This document shows, piece by piece, positions 28,720-41,832 of a DNA stretch of 64,000 nt. How positions within the stretch are numbered: position 1 is the first letter of the stretch; every line of letters starts with the position of its first letter. A program made the position numbers and the translations under genes. This stretch comes from the human T2T-CHM13v2.0 reference genome, Homo sapiens: the NCBI RefSeq assembly GCF_009914755.1, contig NC_060928.1. One strand, given 5' to 3'. The notes beneath the pieces are model-generated. The model did no database searches, had not been told where the DNA came from, and saw only the letters and a list, made by a program, of their open reading frames with translations.

Positions 28720-31007
28720 TGTATTAGTCTATTTTCATGCTGCTGATTAAGACACACCTGAGGCTGGGAAATTTATGAAAGAGGTTTATTGGACTTACAG
28801 TTCCACATGGCTGGGGAGACCTCACAATCATGGCAGAAGGTGAAAGCCACTTCTCATTTGGCAGACAAGAGAAGAGAGCTTGTGCAGAGAACTCCCCTTT
28901 TTAAAACCCTCAGATCTCATGAGACTCATTCACTATCATGAAAACAGTGCAAGAGAGACCTACCCCCATAATTTAATCACTTCTCACCGAGTTCCTCCCA
29001 CAATACATGGGAATTGTGGGAGTTACAATTCAAGATGAGACTTGGGTGGGGACAAAGTCAAACCATATCATTCCACTCCTGGCTCCTCCCAAACCTCATG
29101 TTTTCATATTTCAAATCCAATCATGCCTTCCCAACAGACCCCCAAAGTCTTACTTAACTCATTTCAGCATTAACTCAAAAGTCCACAGTCCAACGTCTCA
29201 TCTGAGACAAGGCAAGTCCCTTCCACCTATGAGCCTGTAAAATCAAAAGCAAGTTAGTTACTTCCTAGATATAAAGGGGATATGTGCGTCAGGTAAATAC
29301 AGAAATTCCAAATGGGAGAAATTGGCCAAAACAAAGGGCCTACAGGCCCCATGCAAGTTTAAAATCCAGCAGGGCAGTCAAATCTTAAGCCCCAAAATGA
29401 TCTCCTTTTACTTCATGTCTCGCCTCTGGGTCACACTGATGCAAGAGGTGGGGTTCCCATTGTCTTCGGCAGCTCTGCCCTTGTGGGTCTGCAGGTTATA
29501 GCCTCCCTCCTGGCTGCTTTCATGGGCTGGTGTTCAGTGTCTGCAGCTTTTCCAAGCATACAGTGCAAGCTGTCAGTGGATCTACCATTCTGGTGTCTGG
29601 AGGACAGTGTCCCTCTTCTCAAGGCTCCACAAGGTGGTGTCCCAGAAACAATTCTGTTTGAGGGCTCTGACCCTAGATTTTCCTTCCACAATCCCCTAAC
29701 AGAGGTTCTCCATGAGATCCCTGCCCCTGCAGCAAACTTCTGCCCGGGCAGCCAGGCTGTTTTCATACATCTTCTGAAATCTAGGCGGAGGTTCCCAAAC
29801 CCCAGTTTTTCACTTCCATGCTTTTGCAGGCTCAACACCATGTGGAAACTGCCAAGGTTTGGGGTTTGCACCCTCTGAAGCCATGGCCCAAGTGGTATGT
29901 TGGCCCCTTTCAGCCATACCTGGAGCAGCTGAGAGGCAGGACACCAAATCCCTAGGCTGCACACAACTAAGGAACCTAGGCCCAGCCCTCAAGTCTGCAT
30001 TTTCCTCCTAAACCTCCAGGGCTGTCATGGGAGGGGCTGCTGTGAAGACCTCTGACATACCCTGGAGACACTGTCCCCATTGTCTTGGGAATTAACATTT
30101 AGCTCCTCATTATTTATGCAAATTTCTGCAGCTGGCTTGAAATTCACCTCAGAAAATAGGATTTTATTTTATATCACATTGTCAGGCTGCAATTTTTTCA
30201 AACTTTTAAGCGGTTTTCCTTCTAAAACCGCGTGCCTTTAACAGCACACAAATCAACTCTTGAATGTTTTGCTGCTTAGAAATTCCTTTCACCACATACC
30301 CTAAATCATTTCTCTCAAGTTCAAAGTTTTGCAATTCTCTATGACAGGGGCAAAATGCCACCAGTCTCTTTGCTAAAACATAACAGGAGTAACCTTTGCT
30401 TCAGTTCCCAAAAAGTTCCTCATCTCCATCTGAGACAACCCCAGCCTGGACCTTATTGTTCATATCACTGTCAGCATTTTGCCCCAAGCCATTCAACAAG
30501 TCTCTAGGAAGTTCCAAACTTTCCTGCATTTTCCTATCCTTTTCTGAGTCCTCCCAACTGTTCCAACCTCTGCCTGTTTCCCAGTTTCAAAGTTGCATCC
30601 ACATTTTTGGGTATCTTTTCAGCAATGCCCCACTCTAATGGTACCAATTGACTGTACTAGTCCATTTTCATACTGCTGAGAAAGACATACCCAAAACTGG
30701 GCAATTTACAAAAGAAAGAGTTTTATTGGATTTACGGTTAGACATGATTCAGGAGGCCTCACAATCATGGAAGATGAAAGGCACATCTCACATGGCAGCA
30801 GACCAGAGAAGAGAGCTTGTGCAGGAGAACTCTCCTTTTTCAAACCAGCAGATCTCATGAGATTCATTCGCTATCATGAGAAGAGTGCAGAAGAGGCCTG
30901 CCCCCATAATTCAAACACCTCCTACTGGGTTTCTCCCACAACATGTAGGAATTGTGGGAGTTACAATTAGGTTGAGATTTGGGTTGAGACACAGCCAAAC
31001 CATATCA
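28720..31007 (-). mobile_element. Complete THE1 (THE1B-like) MaLR element: LTR 28720-29070, internal 29071-30652, LTR 30653-31007
   Basis: Two homologous ~350-bp LTRs (tgta[t/c]tagtc…aaccatatca), a ~1.58-kb THE1-int, and TSD ctgtg/ctgta. Confidence 0.93.
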
Positions 31008-31159
31008 CTGTAGAAACCAATTTTATGGCCTCTGCACAATAGATGTATAAATTAAATTTCCAAATTTTCTATTGAATTTCTTTAAAAAGAGAGGCCATGA
31101 TGACATTTTAAAAATATTGTTTAGTACTAAATCAGTTATATTTGTGAGATATTTGATAT

Positions 31160-31803
31160 GTGCCTCATTAATTATTGATTGCTGCTTTAAAGATTATCCA
31201 CATAGCAGCTTAAAACAATATTTATTATCTCATAGTTTCTGTACATTTAGAAGTCCAGGTACAATTTGGTGTCTCAGTGGGCCAAGATCAAGTTGGCTGC
31301 CCAAATGTAGTCTTATCTGAAGGCTTGAATAGGGAAGATTTGGTTTCTATGCTCATTCAGGTTTCTGAAGAAACTCACTTCTGTGAGGTTGTTTGAATAA
31401 AGTCTCCATTTTCTTGCTATCTGTCAGCTGAAGATCCCTCTCAGCTGCTAGTAACCACACTCAGGTTTTTACCATGTGGCTTTCTCCTCTTAGAATATGG
31501 TAGCTTGTTTGTTCAAGGCCCTTGTGAAGAGTATCTGCTGTTTTTTTAAATATCTTTTAAGAGCTCAGCTGATTAGGTTAGTCCCACCCAGGTTCATGCC
31601 CCTTTTGATTTACTCAAATCAGCTAATTAGAAATCTTAATTGCATCTTCAAAATTTATCTTGCTATATAAAATAAAGCACCTATGGTAATCCCATCCAGT
31701 AATTTTGATGGGCCACTTCTACTATGCAGGATCTGGGATTATGAAAGAAATGTGCAACTGGGGGAAGAAACCTTGTGGCCATTTTAGAATTCTGCCTACT
31801 ACA
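31160..31803 (-). mobile_element. MaLR MLT1 (MLT1D/E-like) solo LTR
   Basis: agcagcttaaaacaatatttattatctcatagtttctgt…gccattttagaattctgcctactaca. Confidence 0.75.
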
Positions 31804-31981
31804 GTGCCATATGATATTTTAATACCTGAAATGTGAATCACCTTGTTTTTTCTTTTCTGAAATATTGAGTAGGCTTAGCACAGACATATAAGTCAGGTAC
31901 TCCAAAAAATATAGAGAAATTATAATTTCAGCCCTGAAAATGTCATGATTATTTTCTTCTAAAAAGGGCTTCATGGATCAC

Positions 31982-32420
31982 TGTTATTAGTTTATTCTCA
32001 CATTGCTATAAAGATACTACCCAAGACTGGGTAATGTTTTAGGTTGGTGTAACAGTAATTATGGTTTTTGCAATTACTTTTTCACCAACCTCATATATAG
32101 GAAAGAGATTTTATTGACTCATAGTTCTGCATGGCTGGCAAAGCCTCAGGACATTTACAATTTTGGTGGAAGATGAAGATGAAGCAAGGACTTTTGTCAC
32201 ATGGCAGCAAGAGAGAGAAGAGAGCAAGAGCAGAAAAAATTGCCTTATAAAACTATCAGATCTTGTGAGAACTCACTCACTATCACAAGAACAGCATGGG
32301 GAAAAATGCCCCCAAGATCTAATCACCTCCCATCTGGTACCTCCCTCTCTACACATAAGGATTATGGGAATTACAATCCAAGATGAGATTTAGGTGGGAA
32401 CACAGAACCAAACCATACCA
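31982..32420 (-). mobile_element. MaLR solo LTR (THE1D/MSTA-like) with a MADE1 insert
   Basis: LTR termini tgttattag…aaccatacca; perfect TSD atcac at 31977-31981 and 32421-32425. Confidence 0.88.
32039..32093. mobile_element. MADE1 (Hsmar1-derived MITE), internally deleted
   Basis: ttaggttggtgtaacagtaatt…aattactttttcaccaacctca terminal inverted repeats. Confidence 0.85.
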
Positions 32421-33065
32421 ATCACTGAAATGAGAAGAATTGCATGCCAGGAATAATTTTCTCACAACCTTCTACCTCAGTCCAGTGCTCAACATAAGCT
32501 GTTGGAGCTTGGTTACCTATGCTAAAAGTGTTTTCTGCTTAAACAAGAACAAGGAAGCTTTTTTTTTGATGTTACTCTTTACCTAAGCTTAATGCCTGAC
32601 ATGTTTACTTCTTTTTTCTCAAATTCTTTTACCTTTTAGATTAATTTCTCATTTTTGCTTACAAATGTCCATGTACTTGGTATTTTGACTATAATTTCGT
32701 ATCATATTTTAATAATTAGTTCTTCCTAGACATTTTATCTTCTCATTTAACTACATAGGCAGTATAAGTAAGCCCTGGGCATGGTTGGCTTATCTACTTT
32801 GGATGCGGGATTTCTATTCAATCTTTTATAAAGCTTTTTGGAAATAGATTATTATATAACAACGGTTTATGACCTCTTGCACTCCCCCACTTTCTTGGGC
32901 CAGGGTTTAGGAGGGTTTTTAGAGAATTTATTATATATGATAAGAAGAACATGAAATATAACAGCCAACATGTTTTCTGCAATCTTACCCTTTCCCTTTC
33001 TCCTTAAGAGTTTAAACTGAGTCTTGTTCTTTTAATTATAATTTAGTTATTTAAAAACAGAAACG

Positions 33066-33376
33066 GGCCAGGCAAGGTGGTTCACAACTGTAATCCCAGC
33101 ACTTTGGTAGGCTGAGGCGGGTGGATCATCTAAGGTCAGGAGTTCAAGAACAGCATAGCGAACATGGTGAAACTCCATCTCTACTAAAAGATACCAAAAT
33201 TAGCCAGGTGTGGCGCTGCATGCCTGTAATCCCAGCTACCTAGAAGACTGAGGCAGGAGAATCCACTTGAACCTGGGAGGCAGAGGCTGTAATGAGCTGA
33301 GATCACACCACTGCACTCCTGCCTGTGCAATACAGCAAGGCTCTGTAGCAAAAAACAAACAAACAAAAAAACAAAA
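33066..33376 (+). mobile_element. Alu (AluS-type)
   Basis: Full dimer ggccaggcaaggtgg…, A-rich linker and (AAAC)n tail. Confidence 0.95.
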
Positions 33377-34585
33377 ACTCAGAAATGTTCTAAATTTATT
33401 CACTTTTTCATCTAAGCTTATTCTCTAGATTTATCAGAGAGAATGAAGAGATCAGGCCTTATATGCTAAGTCAGAAGCAAATGAAGAAAAACATAAATAT
33501 AAAAGTCTTTAAGTAACTATGTTAATACATGTGAGTCATCCTTCAAATTAGCTTTAGTATACTCAGTATAATTTCATATCAATAATATTTACTTTTTTTC
33601 TGGGGTTTCCTTTCCTTTAAACCTTACATTTTTGTTTCTTTTTAACTGTTGTTAGTTTTTTGGTGATTCTGCATGTTCACTTCTATAAGTTTATTTTTAC
33701 TTTATTTACCTTTTCTAAAGTTAGTGTTGTACTTTGTTTTATTTTCTGTCCATTTATTTTTATTTTTTATCTCTACTTCTTTTCATTTTTTTCTACTTAC
33801 ATAAACAATAGTCTTAAATACTGTCACAATTCTTCTTTCCTTCTCAAATACCTCAGGATTTTTAGCGGCCTGAATTTAAAAAATTTATTCAGGAAAGAAA
33901 ATTAAAATGTATAAGATGCTTAATAACATACAAACATTAAAGGTTTCAATAATGTTTAATGTTATTATTATGAACAAACTTAGAAGATTTCTATATTTTT
34001 GACATCTTCTATTATAAAGACATTTTAGGGACTGCTTTTTCCTACAGAAAATTTCTTATTTGAATTTAAGGATTAAAACGTTAATACTACTTAATTTAAT
34101 AAAAATAAAAGTTAAAAATCCAAATAATAATTCTATGTTTCATATAACAGAAAGAATTATAGTATACTAGGAAGAGAAACCAAGTTGTTTTGAATGCAGT
34201 TTTGGCTATTTTGATTTTGAGAATATCCAAACCAAAATGCGCACAAAATATTACTTATATAGCATAAGTCTACAGGTAAAATATCTGCATATAATTGGAC
34301 TAAAAAGAAAAGTATTTATATTTAAATTGGATAGTGTTAAAATAGATTATGTACCAGTAGAAAAATTAAAGATAACAAAACCTGAAGCCATCACATAATG
34401 ATCTTCAATCCATAATTTACTCAGCATGAGTGTGCAAGTGAATAGTTGAAAATCTCATAATATGTCAGTTTTAATACATGAGCTAGTCTTTTAAATTAGA
34501 AACGTTATACAATTCATTTAATCTTCATAAATAAAAGTTTCTACAATTGAATAATTAACTATATATAAATCAAAAGTTTATTTAT

Positions 34586-36074
34586 TATTCTTATACTTTC
34601 AGCTTCTACTTCAGATTCAGGGGGTGCATGTACATGCGTTCTTCATGGATATATTGTGTGATACTGAGGTCTAGGATGCAAATGACCCTGTTACCGAAGT
34701 AGTGAGAATAATACCCAATGGTTTTTCAATCCTTGCTCCTCATCCTTCCTCCCCTATCTACGAGTGCCCAGTGTCTATTGTTGCCAAAAATACGTCCACG
34801 AGTACCCAATGTTTAGCTCCCACATATAAGTGAGAACATGAGGTATTTAGTTTTCTGTTCCTGCATTAGCAAATACCCTCTGGACATCCTTCTTGGGAAA
34901 GAATTTACAACTAACTCCTCAAAAGCAATTGCAACTAAAAATAATGGACAAATGGGCTCTCATTAAACCAAAGAACAAAAACCATAGCAAAAGAAATTGT
35001 CTACAGAGTAAAGAGATAACCTACAGAATGGAAGAATGTTTTTACAAGTTACGGGTCCAGTAAAAGTCTAATGTCTAGCACCTATAAAAACTTAAATAAT
35101 TCAACAAGTAAAACACAAATGACACCATTAAAAATTGGGTAAAGGACATGAGCAGACACTTCTGAAAAGAAGACATACAAGCAACCAACAAACAAATGAA
35201 AAAATTCTCAGTATCGCTTATCATCAGAGAAATACAAATCAAAACCACAATGAAATACCATCTCATACCAGTCAGAATGGCTATTAGTAACAAGTAAAAA
35301 ACAACAGATGCTAGTGAGGCTGCAGAAAAAAAGGGCATGTTTGTACATTGCTGGTAGTAATGTAAGTTATTTCAACCACTGTGAAAAGGAGTTGGAGATT
35401 GATCTAAAAAAACTTAGAACTGCCATTCAACCCTGCAATCCCATTACTGGATGTATATCCACAAGAAAATTAATCATTCTACTGAAAGAACACATGCACC
35501 TGTATGTTCATCAGAGCACTAGTCACAATAGCAAAGACAAGAAGTCAACCTAAATGCTTATCAACAATGGATTAAATATAGAAAATGTGGTACATATACA
35601 TCATGGAATACTATGCAGTCATGAAAAGTAATGAAATCATGTCCTGCATTAGTCTTTTTTTCACATTGCTATAAAGAACTACCTGACTGAGTAATTTATA
35701 AAGAAAACAGGTTTAGTTGACTCACAGTTCCACAGGCTGTACAGGAAGCATGGCTGGGAAGGCCTCAGGACACTTACAATCATGGCAGAAGATGAAGGGG
35801 AAGCAGTAACAGTTTACACAGCCAGAGAAGGAAGAAGAGAGCAAAGAGGGGGAAGTGCTACACACTTTCAAGCAACCAGGTCTCATGAGAACTCACTCAC
35901 TATCACAAGAACAGCAAGGGGAAAGTCCACCCCATGATTCAATCTGGTCACTCCTCTAACATTGGGGATTACAACTGGACCTGAGATTTGGGTGGGGACA
36001 TAAATACAAATCATATCATGTCTTTTGTAGTAATATGGATGCAGCTGGAGACTATTATCCTAAGCAGATTAATG
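34586..36074 (-). mobile_element. L1 (L1PA16-like), truncated with a twin-priming 5' inversion: 3' end 34586-34870 (-), inverted segment 34871-36074 (+)
   Basis: The two pieces meet at the same L1 position (taatgca); TSD caaaagtttatttat (34571-34585) / caaaagtttacttat (36075-36089). Confidence 0.85.
35645..36018 (-). mobile_element. MSTA-like MaLR solo LTR nested in the L1
   Basis: tgcattagtc…tcatatca; TSD tgtcc/tgtct; the L1 sequence resumes on both sides. Confidence 0.88.
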
Positions 36075-37461
36075 CAAAAGTTTACTTATGAGTGAGTTGA
36101 GACTTTCTGTTTATTGTTATGTGAATTAAGGGTACTATATGTATTTTTGAATGTGATTATGTCAATAAATAAAATCATAATGTGCCAAATTAACCACATG
36201 TTTATGTAATATTTTTATATTTTCACAAATATATTATTTACATAGATATATGTACTTTATAATTTTTCTTTTGATAGTCAACCAAGAACAAAACAGTTTT
36301 GCCTGAAGTGAATGTAAACCAGAATAAGTTTACACATCACTGGATTTTTTTTACTTAAACAAAACTGGTAGTCACGTGGTGAATTTGTAGTGAAATATTA
36401 GAAAAGAGCATGAGCTGCCCAGTATGAAATAATTTCAAGATAGTAAAACAGTATATATGTTAGAATATATCAATATTTATCTTTTTAAGAATCTCTCAGT
36501 GGAAGGCTTTAAAACTTAAATAAAGAACACTACTATCAACTTTATAAATATAGTTTTCTGCATATTGAATTGCTTTTCTGAATTATCTCATACTAATAGC
36601 ATTATGAATATACTATCACTTAAAACTGAAAACAGTTGGCTTTGCATTTGCGAAACACCTGAATTACTATACTCTTTTGTTTAGTAGCCATCTAACTTTT
36701 CCAAAATTGTGTAATCTATATAAATTTGAATTTTAAATGTGATGCATAAAATTTTATTTGTGGAGGTGATATTATGAATGTATAATGTAATATAAGTAAA
36801 TTTTTCACCATAGTATCTGGGACCAATTAAGATCCTAACAAAGGACACTTACTATTTCCATTATTCCCAGATACTTCTTAGATCAAGATACTGTAAAACA
36901 AAATGTAATAAAATCCTTCTATCCATCTCAATACTTGTAAATACAGAGATCCAATCTAGAGAACATTTCCAGTAACTATAAAGCACATTACTTTATACAA
37001 GATAAAACAAATTTTAGTGAATAATAATGTTAAAAGTTATATTAATATATATTTATCACCATACATTGAGAAAGATGTATTTTAGATTCTTGTTGAACAC
37101 TGAGATAAAATATTCAGGGGAATATTCAGAAAAATAGAATGCTAGTTTTTTTTTTATGTTTTGAAGTATCTTGAAGTAATAATATATTTATTTTAAGTAA
37201 CTTAACTAATGAAGGTTTGAAAAGAATTTCAAACTAAATTATAAATATTACTATGGAAGCAAAGTATAAATTATACTTTACAGATTTTATATTGGCCCTA
37301 CTTTAGATAAATAAAAAGATATAAAATATAGTTTATACCAAAGATCAGAAAAAAATCAGTGGGCAGTACACATTTAAAACATTTAATACAATTTAATAAG
37401 AAAATGCTAAAGATTAAAATAAAAACTTGCATAAGTGAAACATAACACAAGGAGAAAGTAA

Positions 37462-37836
<375 letters not shown>

Positions 37837-38020
37837 TAATTAAATGTGAAAAATTTCTACTAAAAACTCAAAAAACAAACAAGCAACAATTAAACTACTA
37901 GTTTCTAAACATCTAAGACTAAGTTTTCATACAAAGTCCATTTTAACTTCTTCATTGTAAATGCCTACAGTAATAATTCTACATGTTACTAATTTTTTAT
38001 CTTCTTCTAATATGAGTATA

Positions 38021-39045
38021 TAGGCACACCTCATTTTATTGTGCTTTCAGTTTATTGCATGCCTAAGATACTGTTTTTTTGAGGGTTTTTTTTGTTTGTT
38101 CTTTGTTTTTAATAATTGAGGGTTTGTGTCAACCCTGCATCAAGCAAGTCTCTTGGTGCCATTTTTCCCAACAGCATGTGTTCTCTTCATGCCTCTGTCA
38201 CATTTTGGTAGTTCCCTCAATATTTCAAACTTTGTTTTATTATTATCCTATCTAATATGGTGATTTATCATTAGTGACTTTTGATATTACAAGTGCAATT
38301 TTTCTGATGCTCTACAAACCATGCCCAAATAACACAGCAAACTAGCTAAATGTTGCCTGTGTGTTTTCTGAGTGTTCCACTGACTACCACTACCTTATCT
38401 CTCTCCTCCTCAGGCCTCCTTACTCCCTGAAACACACTCACTAAATTAGGCCAATTAGGCCTCTCTACTTCCTAAGGCACAACAATATTGAAATTAGGCC
38501 ATTATAGAGGCTGCACTCTAAGTGTGAAAGGAAGAATTGCACGTATATCTCTCACTTAAAATAAAAAACTAGAAATAATTAAGCTTATCGAGGAAGGCAT
38601 GTTAAAAGCTGAGATACACTGAAAACTAGGCCTCTTGCACCAAAGAGTTAGTAAAGTTGTGGATATAATGGAAAATTTCTTGAAGAAAATTAAAAGTGCT
38701 ACACAAGTGAACACATAAATGTGAAAGCAAAAGAGCTTTACTGCTGATGTGGACAATGTTTTAGTGGTCTGAATAGAAAAGCAAACCAGCCATAATATTT
38801 CCTCAAACTAAAGTTTCCCTTAACCCAGAGTGAGGCTCTAAATTGCTGCAACTCTCTATGAAGGCTGAGAGATTTGAAGGAGCTGCAGAAGAAAAGTTTG
38901 AAAATAGCAGAGGGTTTTTCATGAGGTCTAAGATTATGATTTATGGAAGGCTCAGATGATCATTACAATATTTTAGCAATGACTTATTTTAAATTAAGGT
39001 ATGTACATTATTTTTTCAGACATAATGCTATTGCACACTTAATGA
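38021..39045 (+). mobile_element. Tigger1 DNA transposon, internally deleted and 3'-truncated
   Basis: Left TIR taggcacacctcattttattg and transposase 5' region (aagcttatcgaggaaggcatgttaaaagctgag); jumps near 38930 to the 3' part (gaaggctcagatgatc…gcacacttaat). Confidence 0.85.
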
Positions 39046-39709
39046 ATGACTTGTTATTTCAGAATAAAAATAAAATAAAACTGTATTCAGTAAAATAAAA
39101 CTGTATTCAGTTAAATAAAAATGTAAGAACTTATCCCCTAAAATTATCCAGAGATTTTTTTTTTAATTTCTTCTAAGGAGTTTATTTAGAAGTACTTACT
39201 GAGAAATTCACTTTAGGAAGGAAAAAAAATGATGGAACAAAGGAGAGTCTGAAGTACCAAAGATATCTTTAAGAAAACATAAGTTTAAACTAATTGTATA
39301 CAATAATATCTAATTTGGCATATTAAAATTATACAACTAAAATTCTAATTTATGCTTAAACTTATAGATTATTCCAATGTATGATTCTGAAAACTCATGA
39401 CATTGTACAGCATAGGTATTTGTCAAATGACAGGACCTACTGTTGGGACTGAGTTATCCCCATGAACATTTAGTTTTCAGGTAATTACAATGTCCCTCTA
39501 CCTGCATCCACAGCCTACCACAATTTCATTTTTACTTTTAATAACCTGCCAATAAACTATCCAACAGTATTAATGGCAAGAACAATCATGATTGTGTTAA
39601 ACACAAGAAATTTCATTTCTTTTCCCTGCTTATGTCAACATCTGTCATCAAAATATTCTAGAGCTTTTAAGATTCCTCCATATCTTTTCATGAATTGATA
39701 GCTCATTTC

Positions 39710-39944
39710 TTTTTTTTTCTTTTTGAGATAGAGTCTCACTCTGTCACCAAGGCTGGAGTTCAGTGGCATAATCTCAGCTCACTGCAACCACCACCTTCCA
39801 GTTTCAAGCAATTCTAATGCTTCATCCTTCCAAGTAGCTGGAATTACAGGCACCTGCAACCATGTCTTGCTAATTATTACATTTTTAGTAGAGACAGGGC
39901 TTTGCCCTTTTGGACAGGCTATTCTCAAACTCCCGACCTCAAGT
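39710..39944 (-). mobile_element. Old Alu (AluSz/J-like), 3' portion; the remainder is at 58229-58294
   Basis: Breaks at …cccgacctcaagt and resumes as aagtgatctgcccacctcagcc. Alu TSD gctcatttcttttt (39701) / actcatttcttttt (58295). Confidence 0.92.
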
Positions 39945-40884
39945 TTTTGTGGCTTTTGTAGTTTGGCAAGTGGGAGAAAATGCTTTTCAGCAGCTTTTTC
40001 TCCCCTGTTGCTCAGTGAGTGGAAGGTAGGGTTACAGTGTTACAGAATTATCTTGTGCTGCCTCACCAGCTGGAAATCTCTGCAGCTACCATGTCCTCTG
40101 CCTGGGGCCTCACATGGTCCTGCAGGGCTCACTCCACCCACTCAACCTGGCAGGCTGCACTTTGCTCATGCTACTGGCCAGAAACCTGTGCCTGCTGCAG
40201 CTCTGTGCTCAACCCGCAGCTGGAGCAGGTGTACCTCAGCAGCTTCCATGTTGGGTGCTGGCATGTAGATGAAGGGGACAGAGTCGCACTCTAAAATTCA
40301 GAAATGCCAGAAACTTTGAAGTCTCAAGGGGTGTTACAGCTTTTGCTCAGGGAGTCCCAAGATCTGATCCCCCAGGGAATGTTACAAATCTCTCTTGTTC
40401 CCACCACCTGCAGCTCGTTGAACAAGGGTGTTATAGCTCATTTGTTCCTGCTGCCCACAGCTTGGTGAATGGTGGCATGTTATAGCTTGTTCTTTGCTGC
40501 CACCTGCAGCTCTGTGAGCTCTGGTTTCTTTTCCTTCGACCAAGAAGAATAAGGTACATGGACACCAGAGAGTAAATAGGGTGGAAAAGAATTTTATTGA
40601 GTAACAGAATAAAGCTGTCATTGGAGAGGAGACCCAAGAGCAAGTATATGTGAGTCTAGGGTTTTTATGGGCTCAGAATGGTGGAGTGTGTGCTGATTGA
40701 TCCATGACTGCTCACAGAAAAAGCACCATTTAAAAGACATCAAGGAAGTTCTCACTCTGGGTCATAGGCTTTATCCAGAACCAGCAGCTTGGTTTTCAGG
40801 CTTCAGACAGTTTTAGCTTGAAGGTTGGGATTCACTGGGGATCTGTCCCTGTCTACCTAGGAATTTGTCTTTCTCCTGTCATCA
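39945..40884 (-). mobile_element. 3' LTR of the ERV1 provirus
   Basis: Aligns end to end with 57320-58228; followed by atttcctctct, a minus-strand PPT. Confidence 0.85.
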
Positions 40885-41625
40885 ATTTCCTCTCTGAAGA
40901 GTTACATCTAAACTGTCATTAAAATAGGAATGGTGACTGCTATAAGTGGTTCATGCAGACAGGGGGCATAGTTTTGGGAAAATGGGAGTGAGATCTCTCT
41001 CAGAGGGCTATCTAATGGTCCCCAGTAAAAAGAAGCCATCATCTGAGGTTCCATTTACATGACCATTTCCAGTTTGATGGTCTTTAAGTGAGAAGAAACA
41101 ATTATACAAGGAAGTTGTGACGGTTAATATTGAGTGTCAACTTAATTGGATTGAAGGATGCAAAGTATTCCTAGTGTTTGCAAAGTTCCTAGGTGTGTCT
41201 GTGAGGGTGTTGCCAAAGTAGATTAACATTTGAGTTAATGGACTGGGAGAGATAGTCCCACCCTCATTTTGGATGGGCACTATCTAATTACCTGCCAGTA
41301 TGAATAGAATAAAGCAGGCAGAATAAGATAGAAAGAGCAGACTTGCTGAGTCTTCCATTCTTCATCTTTCTCACACACTGGATGTTTCCTGCCCTCAAAC
41401 ATCAGAATCCAAGTTCTTCAGCTTTTGGACTCTTGGACTTACACCAGTGGTTTGTCAGGGGCTCTTGGGCCTTCAGTCAAAGACTGAAGACTGCACTGTA
41501 ATGTAAGCTTCCCTACTTTTGAGGTTTTGGGATTCACACGGTCTTCCTTTCCCCTCAGCTTGTAGATGGCCTATTGTGGGACTTCAGATTGTGATTGCGT
41601 GAATCAATGCTCCTTAATAAACTCA

Positions 41626-41627
41626 TA

Positions 41628-41685
<58 letters not shown>
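41626..41685. repeat. (TA)n microsatellite in the MLT2A 5' LTR
   Basis: Seen directly in the sequence; much shorter in the 3' LTR. Confidence 0.95.
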
Positions 41686-41686
<1 letters not shown>

Positions 41687-41832
41687 TGTCATTTCTATTC
41701 CTATAAGGAACACTGATTAATACAGATTTTGGTACTGGGAGTGGTTCTAGAGTAATAGAATTTTAACAATGGATTTCTTTAGTTGGTTTTGGGGTTTCTG
41801 GAGTTGGCTGATTAATCTGATTAGACACAAAA

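Noticed and set aside
29431-29964. 177-aa ORF in THE1-int
   Set aside because: It is a fragment of the degenerate MaLR internal ORF, has no convincing start and shows no sign of preservation.
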